From: an uncultured Steroidobacteraceae bacterium
Lineage (GTDB): Bacteria > Pseudomonadota > Gammaproteobacteria > Steroidobacterales > Steroidobacteraceae
NCBI GenBank assembly: GCA_964468395.1
Contig: CAYXUJ010000003.1
Coordinates: 18,190-82,189, forward strand
Direction: 5' to 3'
Length of the DNA stretch: 64,000 nt
Shown: positions 41,466 through 49,730 of the stretch, one piece after another
Layout of the letters: each line of letters begins with the position of its first letter
How positions within the stretch are numbered: position 1 is the stretch's first letter
Notes under the pieces: generated by a model
Databases searched by the model: none
Seen by the model: the letters and a program-made list of their open reading frames with translations, nothing else
Told to the model about the DNA's origin: nothing
Translations under genes and position numbers: made by a program

Positions 41466-42965
41466 TCAGACCGCCGGTTCGACGTTCGCGTTGAGGCGGA
41501 ACAGGTTGCCCGGGTCGTACTGCTTCTTGAGCGCCCGCAGCCGCGGCAGGGCGATGCCGTAGTTGTCGCTGACCGCCTGCTGCGGCTCGTCGCCGAGCGA
41601 GTTCGTGTAGCGGCCGAGGGTGAACGGCTCCAGCGTCTTCCAGTAGTCCTTGATGTAGCGCGTGTGCGGCGCCGCGTCGCCATCCAGCTTCCAGGCGACG
41701 ACCGAGTACATGCCATGCTGCGCGTGGCGATGCGCGAACGCAGTCGCCGCCGGGTCGACGCGGCCGAAAGCGCCGCCGGCGTGCTGGAAGAAGACCGTCG
41801 TGCTGCGGTCCGGGTGCGGCTCGAAGCCGTCCAGCAGGGTCGCGATCATGCTGGCCTGGAAGTCGCGAATGAAGCCCTCCTTCATGTACACGCCCTCGTT
41901 GCGCGGGTCGGTGCGGTCATGGCTGCGTTGCAGGGCGACGTAGTCCTTCGCGGCGATAGTGCTGGCGATCGGCGTGCCGAGGGCCTGCAGTCGCGCCAGC
42001 GCGCGCTCGGCATCCGCGGCGCTGCCGGAATGGCAGATCGACAGGACCACCACGCCCGGCTTGCCGCCCATCGGCGCCGACATCACGAAGTCGGCGTAGA
42101 GCTCGTCGGGGGCGTTGGAGCTGAAGTCCGCATAGAACTCCAGCAACTCCCGCGCGCGGGCGATCGGAAACACGATGTCCCCGCCGGTGACCTGGCGCTG
42201 CATCGGGTGCAGCTCGAACTCGAAGTTCGTGACCACGCCGAAGTTGCCGCCGCCGCCGCGCACGCCCCAGTGCAGCTCCGGGTTTTCCTGCGCATCGGCG
42301 TGGCGCAGTCGGCCGTCGGCGGTGACGATGTCCACCGCCCGCACGTTGTCGAGCGCGAGCCCGAAGCGGCGGCATAGCCGCCCGAAGCCGCCGCCCAGCG
42401 TCAACCCGCCGACGCCGGTGTGCGAGACGGTGCCGGCCGTGGTGACCAGGCCAAATGCCATCGCCTCGTGGTCCAGCTCGCCGAGCAGGCTGCCGCCGTC
42501 CGCCCAGGCGCGGCGCGCGGCAGGATCGACGCGCACGCCGCGGAAGCGGGACAGGTCGATCTGCATGCCGCCCTCGCAGGTGGACTTGCCGGAGGTGCTG
42601 TGGCCGCCGCACTTGACCGCCAGCAGCAGCTCATGCGTGCGGGCGAAATCCACCGCGCTGCGCACGTCGGCGACGCCGGTCGGCTGCACGATCAGCGCCG
42701 GGTGGCGGTTGATCGACTCGTTCAGCACGCGCCGCGCCTCGTCGTAGCCCGCATCGCCGGCCAGCAGCAGCGGCCCGCGCAGGCTCGCTTTCAGCTCGCG
42801 GATGGCCGCCTGCTCGAGGACGATCCCGGTCCCGCTGCCGGTGACGGCGGCAACGCCCCCCGCGGCCTGGGTGGCCGCCTGGTCCACGGCGAACACGCGG
42901 CCATAAGGCAGGGCGCAGGCGACGGCTGCCGCAAGCGAACCCTGGAAGAAATGACGTCTGTTCAT
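41466..42965 (-). CDS. Tat-exported FAD-linked oxidase (PCMH FAD-binding plus BBE domain)
   Basis: 499 aa from the ATG at 42965. Twin-arginine leader MNRRHFFQGSLAAAVA, FAD_binding_4 region (AVKCGGHSTSG), and the BBE C-terminus (LRALKKQYDPGNLFRLNANV). The 861-aa ORF in the track is an upstream read-through. Confidence 0.85.
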   Translation of the reverse strand: MNRRHFFQGSLAAAVACALPYGRVFAVDQAATQAAGGVAAVTGSGTGIVLEQAAIRELKASLRGPLLLAGDAGYDEARRVLNESINRHPALIVQPTGVADVRSAVDFARTHELLLAVKCGGHSTSGKSTCEGGMQIDLSRFRGVRVDPAARRAWADGGSLLGELDHEAMAFGLVTTAGTVSHTGVGGLTLGGGFGRLCRRFGLALDNVRAVDIVTADGRLRHADAQENPELHWGVRGGGGNFGVVTNFEFELHPMQRQVTGGDIVFPIARARELLEFYADFSSNAPDELYADFVMSAPMGGKPGVVVLSICHSGSAADAERALARLQALGTPIASTIAAKDYVALQRSHDRTDPRNEGVYMKEGFIRDFQASMIATLLDGFEPHPDRSTTVFFQHAGGAFGRVDPAATAFAHRHAQHGMYSVVAWKLDGDAAPHTRYIKDYWKTLEPFTLGRYTNSLGDEPQQAVSDNYGIALPRLRALKKQYDPGNLFRLNANVEPAV

Positions 42966-43855
42966 GGAACCTCCCCGACCGGAATTTTCTCGACCCTGAA
43001 TGCGGAGCGCAGCAGCAGCAGCGCCGCGTAGAGCACGACCACGACCACGCCCCAGCGCAGCGTCGTCAGCGGCAGCGACTTGACCAGGAACGCCGCGGCC
43101 AGCACGAAGGGCACGCCGCCGATCGCCAGCCCGATCGCGATGCGGCGATCGACGCGTTCGGCGTGCAGGAAGCGCATGCTGCAGGCCGGCATCAGGAACG
43201 CGCAGGCGCCCATCATGATCGGGAACGCCGCGATCGGGTTGAGCCCGAGCAGCGACAGCAGGATCAGCGACGGGGCATAGGCGCCGATGCCGAAGGTCAT
43301 CAGCGCGCCCAGCACGAAATGCGCTGCGACCGCGACTGCGAACGCGCCCGGCGGCAGGGCGAGGGCGTCGCCGCCGCCCGGCATCAGGCCGAGGTTGGTC
43401 AGGGCATAGAGCACGGCCGCCAGCAGCAGCGCCAGGCCGACGAATCCCTGCACCGCCCGCACCGGCAGCCGCAGGACGATCGGCGCCCCGACCAGCGAGC
43501 CGGCCACCGCCGAGGCAATGCAGGCGAGCAGAAGCGCCGGATCGACCTCGACCAGCTTGATGAAGATCAGCGCTTCCGCGATCGTCGGCAGCGTATGGCC
43601 GACGTTGAGCGTCGCCGGAATGTAGCTGTCCGGCAGCAGCCGGCGCAGCTTGAACCATGCGGTCGTCGGCGCGAAAGAGCCGATGCCCAGCGTGTCCAGG
43701 AAGTTGGTGACGGCGCCGAGGCCGACCGATTCGAGCGTCGGCCGCAGCTGCCCATGGCGGCGCGCGGTCGCGAACAGCACCGACGAATAGGCGGTGGCGA
43801 TCAGCGCAAGCGCGGCGAGCAGAAGGGTGACGATCATCCGGCCAGGCGCTTGCAC
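42962..43855 (-). CDS. TauE/SafE family sulfite/anion exporter-like membrane protein
   Basis: 297 aa, about 8 TM segments. TauE-like repeats are present (NFLDTLGIGSFAPT.....; GALMTFGIGAYAP). Its stop overlaps the FAD oxidase start by 4 nt. Confidence 0.7.
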   Translation of the reverse strand: MQAPGRMIVTLLLAALALIATAYSSVLFATARRHGQLRPTLESVGLGAVTNFLDTLGIGSFAPTTAWFKLRRLLPDSYIPATLNVGHTLPTIAEALIFIKLVEVDPALLLACIASAVAGSLVGAPIVLRLPVRAVQGFVGLALLLAAVLYALTNLGLMPGGGDALALPPGAFAVAVAAHFVLGALMTFGIGAYAPSLILLSLLGLNPIAAFPIMMGACAFLMPACSMRFLHAERVDRRIAIGLAIGGVPFVLAAAFLVKSLPLTTLRWGVVVVVLYAALLLLRSAFRVEKIPVGEVP

Positions 43856-43908
43856 ACCGTGAATCGGGACTGAGACAATGAAGCCACATCCGGCAGAGGA
43901 TTACCAGC

Positions 43909-45306
43909 ATGCACCCGACCTTCACGAGGCGCGGCCTGGCCGCGACGTTCCTGTGCCTGTGGTTCGCGCCCGCGCTCGCCGACAGTGCCGCCGTGCCGCC
44001 GGCCGTGTCGGCGCAGATGCTGGAGATCCTGCAACGCTCGATCGCCTTCAAGACCGTGCGCGGCGAGGGCCAGGTGCCGGCCTACGCGGAATACCTGGCC
44101 GGCGTGCTGCGTGCCGGCGGCTACGCCGCGGAGGACATCGTCATCACGCCGCACGGCGAAACCGCGACCCTGGTCGCGCGCTGGCGCGGCAGCGACCCGT
44201 CGGCGAAGCCGATCGTGATCGCTGCGCACATGGACGTCGTGTCGGCTTTCCGCGAGGACTGGGAACGCGACCCGTTCACGCCGGTGATCGAGGACGGCTT
44301 CATCTTCGGCCGCGGCTCGTCCGACAACAAGTTCGGCATCGCCAACATGGTGGCGACGCTGCTGTGGCTGCGCGAGGAGGGATTCCAGCCGCGCCGCGAA
44401 ATCATCCTGGCGCTGACCGGCGACGAGGAGACCACCCAGGACACGACGGCCGTGCTCGCGCAGCAGCTGAAGCATGCGGAGATGCTGCTGAACAGCGACG
44501 CCGGCGGCGCGCTGCTCGGCGACGACGGCAAGCCGGTGGTCTACGGCTTGCAGGCCGCCGAGAAGACCTACATGGACTTCCACGTCAGCTTCAGCAACCC
44601 GGGCGGGCACAGCAGCCGCCCGTCCGCCAGCAACGCGATCTACGACATGGCCCGCGCGATCTCGAAGATCGCGGCATTCCGGTTCCCGGCGCGTTCGAGC
44701 GAGCTGACGCAGGCGTATTTCCGCGCCGCCGGGCCCATGACACCGGGTGAGACCGGCGCGGCGATGCTGCGGTACGCGGACGATCCGGGCGACCGCGAGG
44801 CTTACGAATTGCTCGCGTCGCAGCCGGAGCACGTCGGCCAGCTTGGCACGACCTGCGTGGCGACGATGGCAAAGGCCGGCCACGCCGAGAATGCGCTGCC
44901 GCAGAGCGCGATGGTCAACGTCAATTGCCGCGTGTTTCCCGGCGAGTCCGTCGAGAGCGTGCGCTCGACCCTCGAGCGCGTCGTGGACGACCCGGGCGCG
45001 ACCGTGACCGTCGCCAACAAGCCGGTGCCGAGCGACGCCTCGCCGCTGCGCGAGGACGTCATGCGGGCGCTGCGCCGGGCGATCGACCTGCGCGCCCCGG
45101 GCCTGCCGATCGTGCCGTCGATGTCGGCCGGCGCGACCGACAGCCTGTACTTCCGCAATGTCGGCGTGCCGAGCTACGGCGTCAGCGGCATCTTCATGCA
45201 TCCGCGCGACAGCTTTGCACACGGCCTGAACGAGCGCGTGCCGCTCGCGACCTTCGATGGCGCGCTGCGGCAATGGCGGAGCCTGCTGATGGACCTCGCG
45301 CGCTAA
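43909..45306 (+). CDS. secreted M20/M25/M40 family metallopeptidase
   Basis: 465 aa. Signal peptide and M20 metal/catalytic motifs (IAAHMDVV; GRGSSDNKFG; LTGDEET). Confidence 0.85.
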   Translation: MHPTFTRRGLAATFLCLWFAPALADSAAVPPAVSAQMLEILQRSIAFKTVRGEGQVPAYAEYLAGVLRAGGYAAEDIVITPHGETATLVARWRGSDPSAKPIVIAAHMDVVSAFREDWERDPFTPVIEDGFIFGRGSSDNKFGIANMVATLLWLREEGFQPRREIILALTGDEETTQDTTAVLAQQLKHAEMLLNSDAGGALLGDDGKPVVYGLQAAEKTYMDFHVSFSNPGGHSSRPSASNAIYDMARAISKIAAFRFPARSSELTQAYFRAAGPMTPGETGAAMLRYADDPGDREAYELLASQPEHVGQLGTTCVATMAKAGHAENALPQSAMVNVNCRVFPGESVESVRSTLERVVDDPGATVTVANKPVPSDASPLREDVMRALRRAIDLRAPGLPIVPSMSAGATDSLYFRNVGVPSYGVSGIFMHPRDSFAHGLNERVPLATFDGALRQWRSLLMDLAR

Positions 45307-46181
45307 CCGGGCGCCGGTTCACGCCGCTGCTCGCGGTGCAGCAGGTACAGGCCGGCTGCGACCACGATCGCCGAGCCGGCCAGCATCCGCGCACCGGGCA
45401 GCACCTGCCACACGGCCCAGTCGATGCCGATGGCCCAGACCAGCGCCGTGTATTCGTAGGGCGCGACCAGCGATGCCGGCGCCAGCCGGAATGCCTCGGT
45501 GATCAGGTGCTGTCCGGCCCAGCCTGACAGCCCGACCGCGACGATCCAGGGCCAGTCCGCTGCCAGGATCGGCACCCAGTCCGGCGCCGCGAGCGCGCCG
45601 GCGCCGACCGACACGATTGCCAGGAACCAGAACACCATTGAGGCCGTGGTTTCGGTGCGCGAAAGCACGCGTACCAGCACGACGACCAGTGCGTAGGCGA
45701 GGGCCGAACCGAGCGCCGCGAGCCCGGCCAGGCTGACAAAACCCGACGCGCTCGGGCGCAGCATCACGAACACGCCGCCCAGGCCGACGACGATCGCGAC
45801 CCAGAGATGGCGGTCCACCTTCTCGCCCAGCAGCACCGACGCGGCGAGCACCACCAGCAGCGGCGCACACATGAAGATCGCGTAAGTGTCGGCCATGCTG
45901 GCGCGCGCCAGGGCCCACAGGAAGCCCCAGAGCATCAGGACCGCGACCACGGAACGCAGCAGGTGCAATCCGTAGCGCACCGGCCGCAGCAGGTGCAGCC
46001 GCCTGGTGACCAGGTAGGTCAGGAACACGAACGGCAGCGAGCTCGCGCCGCGCAGGCAGGCGACCTGCAGCGGCGGGTAGCGGAGGGTCAGCTGTTTCAT
46101 CAGCGCATCCATCACCGCGAACACGCCGACCGCGGCGAGCATCAGGATCACGCCGCGGACGCGGTCCGCGCGCTCAGTCAT
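45303..46181 (-). CDS. DMT superfamily (EamA-like) transporter
   Basis: 292 aa, 10 predicted TM segments, with the internal two-fold EamA repeat pattern. Confidence 0.8.
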   Translation of the reverse strand: MTERADRVRGVILMLAAVGVFAVMDALMKQLTLRYPPLQVACLRGASSLPFVFLTYLVTRRLHLLRPVRYGLHLLRSVVAVLMLWGFLWALARASMADTYAIFMCAPLLVVLAASVLLGEKVDRHLWVAIVVGLGGVFVMLRPSASGFVSLAGLAALGSALAYALVVVLVRVLSRTETTASMVFWFLAIVSVGAGALAAPDWVPILAADWPWIVAVGLSGWAGQHLITEAFRLAPASLVAPYEYTALVWAIGIDWAVWQVLPGARMLAGSAIVVAAGLYLLHREQRREPAPG

Positions 46182-47145
46182 GCGGCAGCCGTTCGAGCAG
46201 CAGCGCGGCGAATGCAGCCAGGACCGTCTGGTCCTGGTCGTCCGGCCCGTCGGGATCGCGCCCGTTCGAGTAGGCCGCGATGATCAGCCGGCGCCCGTCC
46301 GGCAGCTCGGCATGCACGATCTCGGCGAGCGTGTCGTAGGCCTCGCCGATCTTGCTCTCGTACACCGTGCCCTCCGGGAATGCGCCGCCCATCGCGCTGT
46401 TGGCGGAGACCAGCGGCCGGCGCAGCCTTGCCCGCAGGTATTCCGCGGCCGGCCAGCCGAAGCGGCCGGACACGAGCGCCAGCATCAGCCGGGCCGAGCC
46501 GTCGGCGTGCATCGAGTTACGCCCATGGCGCTCGAGCGCGAGGCGCTCGAGGCCCTCCGGCATCTCGCCGGAGTTGGTGGGGTAGGTCTTGTTGCCGAAG
46601 CGCTGGCCGTCGAGCAGGCCGTGACGCCGCAGCAGGTCCTCGGTGTACAGCCGGCGGGCGAGCCAGGCGTCGAAATCCGCGCCCGCGACCGGGCCGTTGA
46701 CGTTGCCGGTGATCGCGTCCACCACGACGCCGGTGGCGACGTTGTCGGAGTCCTGCAGCATCGGCCGAACGGCCTCGTCGAGGCAATCCGGCGACCGGCC
46801 GCCGGACTCGCACCAGTGCGCGGCGGCGATGCCGAAGCCGAGCTTGACGCAGCTTGCCGGGTACCAGGGCCGGTCGCCGCCGACGCTCGCGCGCCGCCAG
46901 GTCCCGTCGCCGGCCGCGAGCAGCACGGTGACGTCGAGTCGATCGAAGGACCGGGCCGCGAGGAAGCGCGCTCGCGCATCCTCGAGCGCCCGCTGCAGGC
47001 CGGCGTCGTCGCGCAGCGGCAGGCCCGCCGGGTCCGTCGCCGCCGGGCCGGCGGCGCAGGCGGACAGCAGGCCCGCGGCGAGCGGCAGGGCCCTTGCGAA
47101 CGACCGCCGATGCGGCGCGCGTCTCCCGGTACAATCCTGATTCAC
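46174..47145 (-). CDS. serine hydrolase, class A beta-lactamase-like lipoprotein
   Basis: 323 aa. Lipobox-like LLSAC. SxxK motif in context (WYPASCVKLG). Overlaps the downstream DMT gene start by 8 nt. The family call is tentative. Confidence 0.55.
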   Translation of the reverse strand: MNQDCTGRRAPHRRSFARALPLAAGLLSACAAGPAATDPAGLPLRDDAGLQRALEDARARFLAARSFDRLDVTVLLAAGDGTWRRASVGGDRPWYPASCVKLGFGIAAAHWCESGGRSPDCLDEAVRPMLQDSDNVATGVVVDAITGNVNGPVAGADFDAWLARRLYTEDLLRRHGLLDGQRFGNKTYPTNSGEMPEGLERLALERHGRNSMHADGSARLMLALVSGRFGWPAAEYLRARLRRPLVSANSAMGGAFPEGTVYESKIGEAYDTLAEIVHAELPDGRRLIIAAYSNGRDPDGPDDQDQTVLAAFAALLLERLPHD

Positions 47146-47174
47146 GCCAGCGTCCCGTGGATGGAGCGACGATT

Positions 47175-48554
47175 ATGAAGGTGTTCGGCAGCGTTCTCGA
47201 CATGGTCGGGCGCACGCCCATGCTGCGGGTGCGCAAGCTCGACACCGGGCCCTGCGAGCTGTACCTGAAACTCGAGCTCATGAACCCCGCCGGCTCGATC
47301 AAGGACCGGATCGGCCTGACCATGATCGAGGAGGCCGAGCGGCGCGGCGACCTGAAGCCCGGCGGTACGATCGTCGAGGCGACGGCCGGCAACACCGGCC
47401 TCGGCCTGGCGCTGGTGGCGGCCCAGAAGGGCTACCGCGTCGTGCTGGTGCTGCCCGACAAGATGAGCCAGGAGAAGATCTTCAACCTGCGGGCGATGGG
47501 CGCGGAGGTCGTGCTGACCCGCTCGGACGTCGAGAAGGGCCACCCCGAGTATTACCAGGACGTCGGCGCCAGGCTCGCGCGCGAGAACGGCTGGTACCAC
47601 ATCAACCAGTTCGGCAACCCGGACAACCCGAAGGCGCACGCGACGGCGACCGCGCCGGAGATCCTCGAGCAGATGCAGGGCAAGGTGGATGCCGTCGTCG
47701 TCGGCATCGGCTCGAGCGGCACGATCGCCGGGCTGACGGCCTGCTTCCGCGAGCGCGCGCCGGGCATCGAGATCATCCTGGCCGATCCGGAGGGCTCGGT
47801 GCTCGCCGACCAGGTCAACCGCGGCAGCTACGGCCGCGCCGGATCCTGGCTGGTCGAGGGCATCGGCGAGGACTTCATCCCGGAGATCTGCGATTTCTCG
47901 ATGTGCCGCAAGGCCTACAGCATCACGGACGCCGAGTCGTTCGCGACCGCGCGCGAGATCCTGCGCCAGGAGGGCCTGCTGGTCGGTTCGTCCACCGGGA
48001 CGCTGGTGGCGGCGGCGCTGCGCTGGTGCCGCGAGCAGAAGCAGGCGAAACGCGTCGTGACCTTCGCCTGCGACACCGGCAACAAATACCTGTCGAAGCT
48101 GTTCAACGACTTCTGGATGGAGGACCAGGGCTTCATCCGCCGCGAGCAGCACGGCGACCTGCGCGACCTCGTCGGCCGGCCGCACGGCGAGCGCGCGACC
48201 GTCACGGTCGGCCCGGACGACGTCCTGACCACGGCCCACAACCGGCTGCGCAACGCCGGCTTCAGCCAGCTGCCGGTCATGGAGGGCGAGCGCCTGGTCG
48301 GCTTCATCGACGAGGACGATATCCTGCGCCACGCCTTCGGCGACCCGGAGCGGTTCAACGACTCGGTGCGCGCGGCGATGCACACGAATTTCCTGGTCGT
48401 CGAGCCGGCGCTGGCGTTGCGCAACCTGGTCGCGATGCTCGACGTGCAGCCGTACGCCGCGGTGATGGACGACGGCCAGTTCCACGGGCTGATCACCCGC
48501 GCCGACGTGCTCAACTACCTGCGCCGCCAGATGGCCCCGTCGCCGGCGCACTGA
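47175..48554 (+). CDS. cystathionine beta-synthase (PLP domain plus CBS pair)
   Basis: 459 aa from the ATG at 47175. Trp-synthase-beta-like fold with the PLP Lys motif (NPAGSIKDR) and GSSGT loop. C-terminal tandem CBS (Bateman) domains are present. Confidence 0.85.
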   Translation: MKVFGSVLDMVGRTPMLRVRKLDTGPCELYLKLELMNPAGSIKDRIGLTMIEEAERRGDLKPGGTIVEATAGNTGLGLALVAAQKGYRVVLVLPDKMSQEKIFNLRAMGAEVVLTRSDVEKGHPEYYQDVGARLARENGWYHINQFGNPDNPKAHATATAPEILEQMQGKVDAVVVGIGSSGTIAGLTACFRERAPGIEIILADPEGSVLADQVNRGSYGRAGSWLVEGIGEDFIPEICDFSMCRKAYSITDAESFATAREILRQEGLLVGSSTGTLVAAALRWCREQKQAKRVVTFACDTGNKYLSKLFNDFWMEDQGFIRREQHGDLRDLVGRPHGERATVTVGPDDVLTTAHNRLRNAGFSQLPVMEGERLVGFIDEDDILRHAFGDPERFNDSVRAAMHTNFLVVEPALALRNLVAMLDVQPYAAVMDDGQFHGLITRADVLNYLRRQMAPSPAH

Positions 48555-48556
48555 GG

Positions 48557-49726
48557 ATGACCATGAAGAAAACCGGCAAGCCGCGCGGGTTCGCCACGCG
48601 CGCCATCCACGGCGGGCAGTCGCCGGATCCCACGACCGGCGCAGTGATGCCGCCGATCTACGCCGTGTCCACGTACGCGCAGCAGAGCCCCGGCGTGCAC
48701 CAGGGTTACGAGTACTCGCGCACGCAGAATCCCACGCGCATGGCCTGGGAGCGCGGCATCGCCGACCTCGAGGGCGGCACGCAGGGCTTCGCCTTCGCCT
48801 CCGGCATGGCCGCGACCGCGACGCTGCTCGAGCTGCTGGACAGCGGCGACCACGTGCTGGCGATGGACGACCTGTACGGCGGCACGTTCCGCCTTTTCGA
48901 GCGCGTGCGCCGGCGCAGCGCCGGCCTGGATTTCACCTTCGCCGACCTGTCGGATCCGGCGGCCGCAGCCGCGGCCATCCGGCCGCGCACGCGCCTGATC
49001 TGGGTCGAGACGCCGACCAACCCGCTGCTCAAGCTGGCCGACCTCGCGGCGCTGGCGGAGATCGCGCGCGGCCGCGGGATCCTGCTGGCGGTGGACAACA
49101 CCTTCGCCACGCCGTGGATCCAGCGGCCGCTCGAGCTCGGCGCCGACATCGTCATGCACTCGGCCACCAAGTTTCTCAACGGCCACTCGGACATGGTCGG
49201 CGGCGTCGCGGTGGTGCGCGACCCGGCGCTGGCTGAGCGCATCGCTTTCCTGCAGAACGCGATCGGGGCGGTCGCCGGGCCGTTCGACAGCTTCCTGGCG
49301 CTGCGCGGGCTGAAGACGCTGCCGCTCAGGATGCGCCAGTCGAGCGAGAGCGCGCTGGCGATCGCGACGCACCTGGAACGGCATCCGCGCGTCGAGCGCG
49401 TGCTGTATCCGCACCTGCCGTCGCACCCGCAGCAGGCGCTGGCGCGGCGCCAGATGGCCGCGGGCGGCAGCGGCATCGTCACGTTCTTCCTGAAGGGCGG
49501 CCTGGCGGAGGCGCGCGGCTTCCTCGAGCGCCTGGAGGTGTTCACGCTGGCGGAGAGCCTGGGCGGCGTCGAGAGCCTGGTGGACCACCCGGCGATCATG
49601 ACGCACGCGTCGGTGCCGCCGGAGGCGCGGGCGAAGCTCGGCATCAGCGATTCGCTGGTGCGGCTGTCGGTCGGCATCGAGGACCTCGCCGACCTGGTGT
49701 CGGACCTCGACGCGGCGCTCGGCTGA
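48557..49726 (+). CDS. cystathionine gamma-lyase (Cys/Met metabolism PLP family)
   Basis: 389 aa. The start is 2 nt after the CBS stop. Motifs are FATRAIHGG, the PLP Lys motif HSATKFLNGHSD, and SLGGVESL. Confidence 0.85.
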   Translation: MTMKKTGKPRGFATRAIHGGQSPDPTTGAVMPPIYAVSTYAQQSPGVHQGYEYSRTQNPTRMAWERGIADLEGGTQGFAFASGMAATATLLELLDSGDHVLAMDDLYGGTFRLFERVRRRSAGLDFTFADLSDPAAAAAAIRPRTRLIWVETPTNPLLKLADLAALAEIARGRGILLAVDNTFATPWIQRPLELGADIVMHSATKFLNGHSDMVGGVAVVRDPALAERIAFLQNAIGAVAGPFDSFLALRGLKTLPLRMRQSSESALAIATHLERHPRVERVLYPHLPSHPQQALARRQMAAGGSGIVTFFLKGGLAEARGFLERLEVFTLAESLGGVESLVDHPAIMTHASVPPEARAKLGISDSLVRLSVGIEDLADLVSDLDAALG

Positions 49727-49730
49727 GGTC

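Noticed and set aside
41466-44051. An 861-aa ORF suggesting a large fusion protein
   Set aside because: The upstream two-thirds is Arg/Ala/Pro-rich read-through in another gene's space, out of frame with the TauE-like gene. The twin-arginine start MNRRHFFQG at 42965 gives a normal-length FAD oxidase. The ORFs 27204-28730, 31454-34126, 35180-36814, 52357-53682, 55739-57052 and 49731-52043 were trimmed to internal starts on similar grounds.
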